A stretch of 64,000 nucleotides of DNA from NCBI GenBank assembly GCA_965645245.1, contig OZ287068.1, positions 1,674,001 through 1,738,000 on the forward strand, read 5' to 3'. This document shows positions 1 to 13,232 of this stretch, in pieces. The translations under genes and the position numbers were made by a program. The notes beneath the pieces were generated by a model. That model searched no databases, was not told where the DNA came from, and saw nothing but the letters and a program-made list of their open reading frames with translations. The DNA is from Massalongia carnosa (Eukaryota). Position 1 is the first letter of the stretch. The number at the start of each line of letters is the position of its first letter.

Positions 1-1160
1 TGGCGGAAGTTCCTTACGGTGTGCTCCTCTCCGGAGGCTTGGATTCAAGCTTGGTAGCTTCGATTGCGCAGAGGGAGATATCGAGGCTCCGCGCGTCTCC
101 GAGCGGCCATGCCAGCACCAAAGGCAATCTTGAGCAACTCACCACCGAAGAACTTGTTGGTATCGATGCTAACGATGAACTATCGACCGCAACATGGCTT
201 CCTCAGCTGCACACATTCTCCATTGGTCTTTCTAACGCACCAGATACGAAAGCTGCGCTGGAAGTAGCTAAATTTTTAGGCACAAAGCATTATGATTTTA
301 ACTTCACTATCGAGGATGGTCTGAATGCTCTATCAGATGTCATATTTCATCTCGAGACTTATGACGTGACTACGATTCGTGCATCAACGCCCATGTTCCT
401 TCTAAGCCGTAAAATCAAGGCACTCGGAGTAAAGATGGTTCTCAGCGGAGAAGGGAGTGATGAAATCTTTGGAGGGTATCTCTATTTTCATGCTGCTCCT
501 GACAAAGAGTCTTTTCACGAAGAAACTGTGCGGCGCATTAAAAACCTGCATTTATCAGATTGTCTCCGGGCCAATAAGTCTACTGCCGCTTGGGGTGTGG
601 AAGCTCGCGTTCCTTTTCTTGATAAGCAGGTCGGTTATTTATCTTTGGCTTTCCGACAAAATACTTATTGGAGCAGTTTCTAGAAACTGCTATGGGCATA
701 GATCCGGGAGAAAAGCTTATCACAAAGGACCGGATTGAAAAGTACATACTTCGGAAGGCCTTCGACACAACGGACGAACCGGAAACAAAGCCATATCTCC
801 CGGATAAGATTTTATGGCGGCAAAAGGAACAGTTTAGCGATGGCGTCGGGTATGGGTGGATTGACGCTTTGAAGGCAAACGCCGAGAGCAATGTGACCGA
901 CGATCAGTTGAAGAACCCAAAAATCGCGTGGGGAAAAGACGTTCCGGATACGAAGGAGGCTTACTGGTATCGCAGTATGTTCGATGATCTCTTCCCGCTT
1001 CAATGTGCATCAACCGTGGTGCGATGGATCCCTACTTGGTCAGACCAGACTGATCCCAGCGGACGGTGAATCACTCTCTTCTATCTCTCGTGTAATATTA
1101 ACTGACGTATCTAGGGCAATACCAACGCACGTTGCTCAGTATGTTGAGAAGTCGCAATGA
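1..1160 (+). CDS. ASN1: Asparagine synthetase (glutamine-hydrolysing), 5'-partial, 3 visible exons
   Basis: Motifs [41 protein letters not shown]. Introns about 630-676 and 1066-1114; stop TGA at 1158-1160. Confidence 0.95.
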
Positions 1161-2713
1161 GCCCTGACTACTTGTCGGGTGAGCGTGGTCTAAATCGAGT
1201 CGCTACTTCCTTCAGAAGTCTTTGAGATATCATGGCTTTGGATTTAACTCTCACAAGTCAGACGCGCTTAATAACGGAAGACCAGGATTGGTGTCTTTTG
1301 GGTTAATCTCGTTCTTGGGAATAAACTCGTCATGTAAAATTTATTTTCTCGATTCGATGTAGCTCACTTCAAATCACAGAGGTTAACATGATTCCCGCTT
1401 GACATTATGCTCAAGTCATTTGCCTTGTCTCATGTATCTTATGATTGCTCCGCGTAATGCAAAACTGCATATTATTCAGGCACGCCTCGTTTCGTGCATA
1501 AAACACGATTTAGATAGAAAGAACGGAGCAAAATGTCCCTAAATTTGCCCACTCCATACTTCCATTTTCCTCCCCCACGTCCTCGTCAAAGATTAGAGTC
1601 GTTTTCACTTTCCCAGACAGTTCCGAAAAAGAAAAAAACCCCCGTCGCATCGAGCCAATGCAATTATAGCACGAGTCCCCCAGTACCATTCGGCCCAGAG
1701 CACTTTTGTCACCGACATAGAAACCATTGCGGAACCCTCCCTCCCCCAAATTGCCCTGTCATGAGCTTGGTTTCCTAATCATCGACAAACTACCGAATTG
1801 GCTTTAACTCGAGAAGGATATCGGTGCGGCTCAGCGCGAGGATCCGCACTGGAAGTTCCACGACGACGGGCTTGATTGATACCCCTAACACACACATTAC
1901 CATTACCAGTCTAGAAAAAACTCGGTATTTTCGATTTGGGGGGTTTTACGGCTAGGTTTTGCCCTTGACTTCGGACCTGGATAGGGGAGTCATCAAAGGG
2001 GGAATCTAGAACGGAGAAAATGCCATGAAACACAGTCATCTCATCTAGAGTTTTCTCATGAAGCCACCAATCCAATTCACAAATGCCAAAGCAGGCCTAC
2101 CACTAAGCTACATACAGAGGACGTCCCCCTTCCTCCACCGAGCTAGGTATATACATATGATGTGTGCGTGCTAGGGAAAAAATGCTTCTAGGCTGGGAAC
2201 TTGGTTGGATGGATAAAATGCGGTTTCGGATGTAACTACAGCGAGTTTGAGGTAATTGCGAGGAACTAGAACTATAGAGCATGAATGTTCCAAAATGATA
2301 ACTAGTTATTGTATGTGTGTATTAGAAGACTCGCGCTTTTTGCCCCAAAAAAACTTTAACGATTCAGTTCAAAGCAAAAAAAAATTTGCGATTGGCCACT
2401 CATTGACCGATCAAACATGCAATCCATTACACGCATATTGTATAGGAGTGGTGGAGGAGTATAAGAGAGGCTTGAAGATGGAGAGCTTGAGATATCTAGC
2501 GTACCTGGGAAGATGGAATGGAGGGCGCTGCTATCTTCGTAGCTTGAGCAACTTAGAGCGTAAGTAGAAGAGATATTCACGGGGTAGAAACAGATGAAAT
2601 CTATTATTTTTTTTTCGAAATCAGGCCATATCCCAGATGCTTTAGCTTGTTATATGGGTTTTGAAGGCAGGCAATGGTTTGACAACTGACAAACCTACGC
2701 TGTAAATCAATGT

Positions 2714-4349
<1,636 letters not shown>

Positions 4350-4454
4350 TGTACTATCAAAGACTTTCTGGTTTTTGAGAATTGGACTCTGCAATGTCGA
4401 GTCCAAAGGAGGGGCTTTTCGGGCCGACGTTTTTACCGAATCTAGCTAACCACC

Positions 4455-5781
4455 CACGCGGGGGACAAAAAAAAAACTACACCAAAATTTAACCGGGTTC
4501 AACCCCCCACCAAAACACAAGCAATTTCCATACAATTTTGATGGGATAATCACCATTTCAACAACCAGTCATCCAATTCATTCAATCTATTCAATAACCA
4601 GTCATTTTACCCTCACCATCCAAAACAGCTCTCAATCTATCTGGCATAGTAGACACCCGTTCATTGATAAATGCCTGGGAAACGTTCGCCCACCCCTCAT
4701 AAATTAGCCCCTTGGTCGTATCATCATCCAATGAGGATATTTTTTTAAATATTGCTTCGGGGCCTGCCAGCAATTTTCTATGGGGGCCAAATCAGGTGAA
4801 CATGGACAGTTGAAATAGTGCTTCAGATCGTTGTTCTGCTTCCAAGTGCGTACAATGTTTGATTTGCCTGGTCCATGTCCAGAATCACCGTCTTCTTCTA
4901 AGACGAAATCGTGTTTTGCTTCAATCCAGGGCTTCACAATAGGCTCCAATATAGAGTCGATATAGACTCGTTGACTCATCTTTCCATTGGAGTTTCCAGG
5001 AACTCTGTAAAAGTAGATATCTGACTTGAAGTCATGACCTGCAGCAGCCCAACAGTGATGTCTCTTCTTGACGGCCTCGTCTGGTTCATCTGCTTCTTGA
5101 ATACAATCATGACAATAACGTTCACCTAATCTTCGTATGATGCGTAATTTGCCCTGAGGTCCCCATCCAAAGTGCACTTCGTCACTAAATCGAACTTGTT
5201 TCCAGTCTTCTGCATTTGGATATCTAGAAAGCATAGCATCTGACCACTTCATACGAAGCTTTCTTGTCTTCTCGTTCACCCATCCCTTTCTGCACGCAAT
5301 GCATTTGTGATAATCCATGGTGCCCATGATTCGTTGAATGGTTTTGCCACTGCAGTCTAGGCCTACTTCGAAGCCCAATTGCTCCCATGTAAGAGCGCGC
5401 GCCTCCATACCTTCTTCTTCCAATAGCCGTTCCATTTCTCTAATCAATTTAGGCGTAACAATTTTGTGACGCCCACGAGCTTCAGAAACATCGGAATTAT
5501 TATGATGACGGCGTGATGAGGCTCCTTCACGCAGGTATGCATAGCCCCTCGTACGTTCCACATCAAATGTGCGAAAAACATCCTCTTTGTGATAAGAAAT
5601 GCCTTGCTTTTCGCAAAATTCAACGGCTCCCTGAATTTTAGCTTTGGTAGGAGTCTCGATATGTTTAGAATTCATAATAATGATAATTATCCCATCAAAA
5701 TCGTATGTAAATTGCTTGTGTTTTGGTGGGGAGTTGAGCCCGGTTAAATTTTGGTGTAGTTTTTTTTTTGTCCCCCGCGTG
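4455..5781 (-). mobile_element. 1327-bp DNA transposon with Tc1/IS630-fold transposase, ~96-bp TIRs starting CACGCGGGGGAC(A)10 and a 5-bp TSD (CCACC)
   Basis: Left end 4455 CACGCGGGGGACAAAAAAAAAACTACACCAAAATTTAACCGGG is the reverse complement of the right end at 5781. CCACC occurs at 4450-4454 and 5782-5786. Confidence 0.93.
4591..5675 (-). pseudogene. DD37E transposase with one apparent frameshift near 4728
   Basis: FSDEVHF...LEEDGDSGH...SPDLAPIENCW. After YPHW the frame shifts; the other frame reads DDDTTKGLIYEGW...GKMTGY*, matching the C-terminus of the related element at 33 kb. Confidence 0.85.
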
Positions 5782-5916
5782 CCACCTAACTTATTACCCA
5801 CCAGGTACGTCAGTCAATGAAGCATTCATACACAGTTTTCCAGGAAGCTACAACAGATACCGCGCTTTCCTATCCTTCATCCCGACTATGACCCTTCGGC
5901 GATATTCAACTAAGGA

Positions 5917-6780
5917 ATGCTTCCACGATGTACCCCTCTTTTAATGAAGTTATCACCGTCAAGGCTTCCTTTACGTCCATCAAGCCCGTTTCATGCAGGG
6001 AAAATATCGAGGGATAGCACTACAGATCACTACAAAGCATTAGGTCTGGGTTTAAATGCCTCCTTGGGGGAAATCAAGAAGTTAGCCCTATGCTCTGTAA
6101 GCAAACCGAGCTAGTTGCCTTCTAATGGTCCAAGACAGTTTTATGCCTTGTCCAAAACACATCACCCAGACCATAATCGAAATGACCCCGGAGCGTCGGA
6201 TCGCTTCGTGAAGATCTCTGAAGCCTACGCTGTTCTTGGGAATCCTGCAAAACGTGAACAGTATGATCGAGACACAGGGCGACCGCTTGGAAGAAACCCC
6301 GCTCATGTACCGCGAGGCTCCCATTCGAGTTCCGGGCCTTACGGTTCCAGGCCCGCTAGCGGATTGAGCAGACGACGCACCCAATTCCGGGGCCCTCCAC
6401 CGAGCTTCTACCGCAACGGAGGTTGGGGATCGCAAGGGGCGAAAAGAGCTGCACAAGCGGACTCTACGGCGTCTTCCTTCGCTGGCGCTTATTCTCAATA
6501 CCCTGCTTCTGATATCAATAAGTCATCAACTATGGGTCCCGGTGGACCAAGCTGGATTAATGATGTCCCACATTTTGACCGCGGCAGACACTATCGAACG
6601 CAAGAGCAGCAGGAACAGAGGCGAAGGAGGCGGATGAAGGGAGATTCCATCGATGTAGGCAATGGTGGAAGTATCTTAATTAATTTCATGGTTGTGAGCG
6701 GTGTTATATCTGTCGCATTTTTGATATCTATGGCATACGAGAAAGATAATTTAGTAAAGCGAAGAAGGGATGGCTTGTAG
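5917..6780 (+). CDS. DnaJ (J-domain) protein with C-terminal hydrophobic segment, possibly mitochondrial
   Basis: DHYKALGL...EIKKQFYALSKTHHPD...FVKISEAYAVLG (HPD motif); intron 6081-6134; Arg/Ser-rich N-terminus. Confidence 0.88.
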
Positions 6781-7090
6781 CAAAGAGAAAGGGAATACGT
6801 CTGTGGAAAGAACCAGATCACCATGCATCCGGTAGTTCGTATATAACCAAATCTCTCAACTGGTGCAAGCCGTGGATGATCTACATAGGATCACTTTTTA
6901 TATAGATCTTGCGAGGGGTTGAATTGAAACCCCACGCTCCATGTACAGCTAGGTCGAATTAAAATCTTGTACAATGGATAAAGAAAACAGCATCTAAGAA
7001 ACTAATGGAGTTGAACAAGCTACATCTACCACCTCACATTGCTCTAACACAGACGTTTCCACTCAGGTTTTATGGGCTCCGGTAGTCAAC

Positions 7091-8358
7091 TCATCCCTCG
7101 AAAGTGAGACTTGCTCCAACCTAGTAGTGTCAATTGATTGCCCTCCTGTTAGATACGGAGCTACGCATACCTTATGGGCCGCTTCATTCAAGTTCTGGGT
7201 ATCAAGGGAAACCCCAAGTCCCACAGTCACCCCAGGCCGGAGCCGGATGTTATATGCTAAGGCCGCTATACCTCGATCGTTGACTTTGGCCTAATTTTCA
7301 AATAGATCGAGATGAGTAATCTGCGCAGGAGCCAGACTTGAAAGCATTACCTTGGCAAAAGATGTAGGATCAAGACGGTACTTGCTAGCAACCTCGAGAC
7401 CGACATTATTGCTGGCTTTTGAATCCCAAGTAGCTTTCCCACCAGCCTCAACCTCAGAATTGACTTTGTGATAGTAAGAGGCCGAAAACACGCTCAAATT
7501 ATTAGTCGCTGTAATTGCAGCACTGTAAGCAGGCGCTGTGTACCCAATAGCTGCGGAATATCTCGTGATGGCGGCCTTTTGTACATCGTATCCTGCCTCA
7601 GCGCCAACCAAAAATCCTTCATGTCCAAGAACCGCATCAACGTTGGCAGTGGGACCGTTCAGTACGTCGAAGAAAGCTCGGGTGTGAAAGTTTGGTTGCT
7701 TGAAATACAAATTGAGCTTGGCCCCAAACTTCTGCGATTTTGGCAGGAACTGAGTAAGCACTTCGGCTTTTAGACCCTTCGTAATATGATCCTCAAGTTC
7801 AAGTTTGGTGTCGAGGACATTGGCGTTGGTCCAAGCCTGGGTGAGAGTCAAGCCTGAGCATCAAATGATCATCAGCAATGGTGAATTCCAAAGAGTAGAA
7901 TGATTGCAATGATCCGCTTCACCAGATACATCACAGCTAAATGCGAAGAATGGACATATATACCAGATAACGCATCCGTGTATTTGGCTTCGATCTAATG
8001 CAGCTAAGTAGTCAACATGCAGTACTATAACTGGAAAGAGGCCTATTCTTGGGAATGCGAGAAAGGGAAACCGACTTGGCCGCCGGTATGACCTTCGTGT
8101 GAGGATTTGCCTTTGACATTGAAGCTGACGCCGTTGGGGGCTTTTGATTTGACATCAATATTGGCTGCGATCTAGTCAGCTTCATTCGCTCCATAGCAAG
8201 GCTTCGAAAAGGCTTTCTACTGGCTGCAGTATGGTAGAAGTCCTTGTTTAGGAGCTAAGATTTGGTGTATCAGCAGATTAGAGCACATCAATGACATCTC
8301 GGGCGCGACATACATCATTAGAGAGTTTAGCGATATCAGAAAAGGCTGGGATTGCCAT
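7091..8358 (-). CDS. POR1: Mitochondrial outer-membrane porin (VDAC), multi-exon
   Basis: MAIPAFSDIAK..LLNKDFYH, GLTLTQAWTNAN, GAEAGYDVQKAAITRYS, C-terminal VGASLTFEG*. Confidence 0.95.
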
Positions 8359-9876
8359 GATGATGAGTGCTAGATTTAATGTGGTTTTTTAGGAGGTCAA
8401 AGGTGTTCTATGGAGGAGGTTATATTTTCTTTGTAAAATATGACCACCCTTGTTCGGAAGCTCGTAAATTACCGAATACTTACGGAGTACTCCGTAGTTA
8501 TTTTCATTTCACAAGAGATATCAACAATGTATTGTTATAATTATATCTTTTTGCTAAAATGCTGCCGATCGCACCAAGACTTGGTGTAGATCAATGGAAT
8601 CTATGTCTTCGCAACCAAAATTTGCGAAGAGCTTGTTAAAGGCAACTTCAACAGTGGTGTATCCTAATGCTCCCATTTCTATGCCACGTGTATTAAAGTG
8701 AAAAACGTTTATTTTTACATTGCAGCCTTGTTGGGTAATTGACTATCATTCTTCCTATTTGACCCGATGTTTAGATACTGACTGAGGGACTGTCTTACTG
8801 CCATGCTGTAAGATATTTTACGCCGTCCAATGGTAATGGTTTATTATAACCACTCTCTACATGCAGGAAAAGTCGTCAATCCTAAGTTGACCTCTTGTTT
8901 CCTATTCAAATGGTAAAGCAGTGATTTACGGAACAGACCATAACTACCCACACAATAGAATAGCTAGCAACCGTAACCTGGAGTGGAACTTATTTGTTGA
9001 TCCAAATCTGTTTCGGAGTAATCGTCGGCTAGTCTCTCGCTTACCTCGTGCCGACTCGAGGCGTTCGCCTCTAGTCGGGGAAAGCAAAGTTCGGCGGAAA
9101 GCAAAGTACGTCTTTTCAACTTTTACACGCAAAAAGTCAATCAAATTTTTTCTACAAAGATCAAGCATGAAAAGTGTTATAATAGTAGTTATACTAATAA
9201 TAACCCAACTGCTCCTGAACATCATCCTCGTCGCTGTCGTCGACATCGTCGCCTACTTTCTCTTCCATTTCAAAGGCAACGAAGTCTTTTTGTTGACGAA
9301 TAGAATCACCTTCACCTATAAATCGTAGATTTTGATCACCTACAGTATCCATGATAAAGGTAGTCTCTGTCTCTTCCTCTTCATCATTGAATATATGAGT
9401 ATCTTTTACTCCTTTCTTCGTCTTTTTTTTGGTCTCTTCCGTCTGCCAAGTAATGTCGCTCGCCTTCCAAATGGCCTCAGGATCATCAATTGGAGTCAAC
9501 ATTTCATCGGATATGCTAACTCCCTGTTTTGCGAGGTCTTTAATATGTTTTATTCTGATCTTTTCATTCTTTCAAGCGATAACACCTTCCGCGTGTACAC
9601 TATCTCTTTTCATTCGCCATATTCTCATGAAGTTGTTATGCTCTCGTTTCTTTTCTATCTGCTCATCTTTTTGCTGTCTTTCAACAATTGCTCGTTGCGC
9701 ATCCTCCTTCGTGAGTCCTAATCCTCCGTCTATCGAGTAATTAGGTCTTAATCGCTTGCGAGAAGTTGCTCTCTGTAGTAATTCATTGCTTCTTCGCTCA
9801 TGATGAAGTGACAGTTCGAATTTCGTAAGCGTCGATTTGGCAACAACTTCCTTCGTATTACTCACGAATTCCTCTA

Positions 9877-11853
9877 ACCGTGCGACCGAGGTAAATCCGA
9901 TGGACCGCACCCGGAGCTACGCTCCAGGTGCGGCTCACCTCCATGACGCTATCATCTCCATGACGCTATCATCTCCATGACGCTATCATCTCCATGACGC
10001 ATTTTTAAAAATTTCTATCATCTATCATCAACCATTTATTATTCAACCATATCATGTCTGATTCGTACAAGAAACGAGAGGCTAACATTGCAAAGGCCTT
10101 AGATGCATTTGCAAAGAACACATACAAATCAGCCGCAGCCTGTGCCAAAGAATTCGATATTTCACCTCGTCTATTTCAAAGAAGACTACATGGATATAGC
10201 AAGCGAAAAGCAGTCAATATGAGGCTGTCTGCTGCACAAGAACTAGCCCTGAAGGAGTATATTGAATTTCTTGATGATATTGAATTATCAATGAGATTGC
10301 CATTGATTCGCGGTGCAGCTAATTATTTGTTGCAATTGCAACATCCTTCCTCGTCTTCATCTTCTCTCACCCGCGTAGGAAAATGCTGGACCGGACGATT
10401 CTTGAAAAGAAATCCCCAATTTTTCATGCAAAAAGGCAAGCCATTAGCAGCCGAAAGGAAAAACGCTCACAATGTTACGGATATTCAAACTTATTTCTCT
10501 TCATTTCAATCGACTGTAGCCCTTCTTGGTATAACTCCAGATGATATATGGAATATGGATGAGACAGGCTTTCGAGTTTGCTGTGGGGTAACCCATTTGG
10601 TGGTGACACTATCATCACATAAACGAATTATGATCGCTGATCCAGACAATCGAGACTATATAACTTCGGTCGAATGCATCAATGGAGTTGGCGGAAGCGT
10701 TCCATCCTTTTTGATTTTGAAAGGGGTCAACATACTTCACAAATGGGCCTTAGAGAATGATTTGAAAGATGATATCGTGTTGACTACAAGCGATAGCGGC
10801 TATTCGAATGATTGTCTAGCATTAGAGTGGTTAAAGCATTTTAATGCTCATTCAAAAAAGGTTCAAAAAGGAGCGTTTAGGCTTCTTTTGTTGGATGGAT
10901 ATGGATCTCATCTAACGTATGAATTTTGGGAATATTCGAAAGAAAATAAGATCTGTTTATTCAAATTACCCCCCCATTCGACCCATTTGACGCAGCCATT
11001 GGACGTTGGTGTTTTTCAGCCAATGAAACATTATCATGCTGAAGCGGTTGACAACGCCATTCGGTTGGGTGACGTTGACTTCAATCGTCTGGATTTTCTG
11101 GCCGCATTCAATCAATTTCGTACAAAGGCATTCAAATCATCTACTATCAAATCAGCCTGGGAAAAAACTGGGTTGATACCTTACAATCCGGAGGTAGTCT
11201 TGACCAAAATTCGTGCTTTAAATCCGGCATTACCACCACTACCAATATCATCTTCGGAGACAATAATCCTACCTCATACCCCCAAAAAGCCCAAAGACGT
11301 TGCTAAGGAAGGGGAAAACATTATTCAGCGAATGAATAATAATGAAGAAATTACTCCAGAAAGAATGCGACGTTTTATCAAAGGGTCGGTTGCAAACGCT
11401 AATTTACTAGAATTGACGCAACGCGACTTGCAAGCGCCACACACAGCTGCATTAGCTAAAAGGGCCCGAAAAAAGCTTGCTGGCACCGTTGTTCAGAAGG
11501 GAGGAATCGTTACCGTTCGAGATGTGAGGCACAATCACCTACATCGTACCCAAGAAGAGGTGGAAAGGGAGGAGGGTCGTCAAAAGCGTGCTGAGACGGC
11601 TAGACAAAAGAAAATATTTCTCTATGGAAAAGCGATAGCTAAACGGTTTGGCTTGGTGGGTAAAAAGGCCGAAAGCTGGATAGATGAACGTCAGCCTTTG
11701 CTTTTGAATAGCTTCATTTTGAAAGGGTCAATCAGTGGATATAATGTAAATAGTTTGAGAAATGCGTCATGGAGATGATAGCGTCATGGAGGTGAGCCGC
11801 ACCTGGAGCGTAGCTCCGGGTGCGGTCCATCGGATTTACCTCGGTCGCACGGT
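9877..11853 (+). mobile_element. Fot1/pogo-like transposon (inner, apparently intact), 1977 bp, 90-bp identical TIRs, TA TSD
   Basis: ACCGTGCGACCGAGGTAAATCCGATGG... at 9877 and inverted at 11853; TA at 9875-9876 and 11854-11855; 17-bp subterminal tandem repeats. Confidence 0.95.
10054..11778 (+). CDS. Fot1/pogo-family DD35D transposase (HTH/CENP-B-like plus DDE_1), 574 aa
   Basis: Uninterrupted ORF; WNMDETGF, LLLDGYGSH, then 35 residues to QPLDVGVF. Confidence 0.93.
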   Translation: MSDSYKKREANIAKALDAFAKNTYKSAAACAKEFDISPRLFQRRLHGYSKRKAVNMRLSAAQELALKEYIEFLDDIELSMRLPLIRGAANYLLQLQHPSSSSSSLTRVGKCWTGRFLKRNPQFFMQKGKPLAAERKNAHNVTDIQTYFSSFQSTVALLGITPDDIWNMDETGFRVCCGVTHLVVTLSSHKRIMIADPDNRDYITSVECINGVGGSVPSFLILKGVNILHKWALENDLKDDIVLTTSDSGYSNDCLALEWLKHFNAHSKKVQKGAFRLLLLDGYGSHLTYEFWEYSKENKICLFKLPPHSTHLTQPLDVGVFQPMKHYHAEAVDNAIRLGDVDFNRLDFLAAFNQFRTKAFKSSTIKSAWEKTGLIPYNPEVVLTKIRALNPALPPLPISSSETIILPHTPKKPKDVAKEGENIIQRMNNNEEITPERMRRFIKGSVANANLLELTQRDLQAPHTAALAKRARKKLAGTVVQKGGIVTVRDVRHNHLHRTQEEVEREEGRQKRAETARQKKIFLYGKAIAKRFGLVGKKAESWIDERQPLLLNSFILKGSISGYNVNSLRNASWR

Positions 11854-13186
11854 TAACTCCTGTTCCCGGACTGGATCACTCCATTGTGTATTATCGCGAA
11901 TTTTGGGTAGCCATTCAAGTAATCCTCTTTCAACATCATCAAACGTTTTAGGTTGAACTCGTGGCAATGTTGGGAGAGATAATGTTGGAAAAGAAGAAGA
12001 ATTATTCTCACTTTACGAAGGTACAAACTTCTTTAGCTGTTCAGTGCATTTCTTCTCATTAATAGGCCACATTCCAGATTTTTCAAAGGCAGATTGAATA
12101 GTGGATTTCTTGAATGTGTTATCTCGTATTTTGGTGAGATCTTGACAAAATCGAGTTATTGTATACTCTACATTGAACTCCACAATCGCATCTTGAATGG
12201 CCACATCATGCCAATGTTTATAAGGTTGAAACACTCCTACATCAAGCGGTTGCATACAATGCGTCAAGTGTGGTATCAAAGGATAAGGACGAATCCGGTT
12301 TTCATTGGCAAGCTTGATGAATTCAGGAGTAACATGACTACCGTGATTATCCGAGCATTAACTTCCAATCACTCTCAGATCCTGCATCAGAATTTTCAAT
12401 GTAATGTTGCAGATATGCAATCGCTATTTTATCCGATGTGAATCCATTTTCTGACGAAACAATTCGAGTTCCTTTAGGCAGTTCGTCTGCAAACTAATTG
12501 CTCATCATATCATGACCTTGTATGACAAGTAAAGGAGGTGGCGGATAATCACCGGCGGCGCGTTTATGTTCTCGAAAATGGTGATAGATTTTCTATTCTC
12601 AGGACTAATAGAATAATACTCCTTTACATCTGTTGGAAACAAAATTTCATGTCCCTTCATGCAGCCAACTCGAAAACCAGCCTCATCAAAATTGATGATA
12701 TTTCGTTTATTCTTGATATTCAGCTCTCGAAGAACCACCCGATAATCAGCGAACCATGCTTCAACGTCCTTCACTTGTCCCGCCGTATAGCGAACGACTG
12801 CTAGCGGTTTAGTCTTAATCTTATGTAAATGGTTGGATTTCCACCATGTTCTAAACCATCGCTTAGTAGGACCTTTATAATCAGCATTCTGACTTCGCTT
12901 CAGACTCTTGATCGCGTTGAATATCAGTTCATGCGTCGGTTGAACACCATATGTAAGTAACGAGCGAATGAACTCATGTATTGCTTTGATCTGATGCTTC
13001 TCCAATATCTTATTATGTCCTCCTCTCTTCTCGACTTCATTCGACGCGCTGTTTTGAGCAAGTGAACTTTGTAAAGTGGTACGAGGAATGTCAAATATGC
13101 GAGCAGCGCATATCTTGCTTTCAAGTGGATTTTCTATTAGAAACTGCTTAGCATCATTCAGACGCCTGACAGTATCATTACAATTC

Positions 13187-13232
13187 ATGATGATGATGAT
13201 GATGATGATGATAATAATGATAATGATGATGA
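13187..13232. repeat. (ATG/ATA)n trinucleotide microsatellite just upstream of the outer pogo ORF
   Basis: atgatgatgatgatgatgatgatgataataatgataatgatgatga. Confidence 0.8.

Larger units (their letters stand above)
9194..13188 (-). pseudogene. Disrupted DD35D pogo transposase of the outer element
   Basis: IINFDEAGF, DNHGSH...QPLDVGVF. Frameshifts around 12350-12560, in-frame stops at 12013 and 9572, and split by the insertion at 9877-11853. Confidence 0.85.

Noticed and set aside
1200..2700. Short ORFs between the asparagine synthetase gene and MAP2
   Set aside because: No motifs or coherent splice structure; treated as convergent 3' intergenic DNA.
9939..10000. Short repeat array resembling a CRISPR
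   Set aside because: Head-to-tail 17-mers without spacers inside a eukaryotic transposon end.
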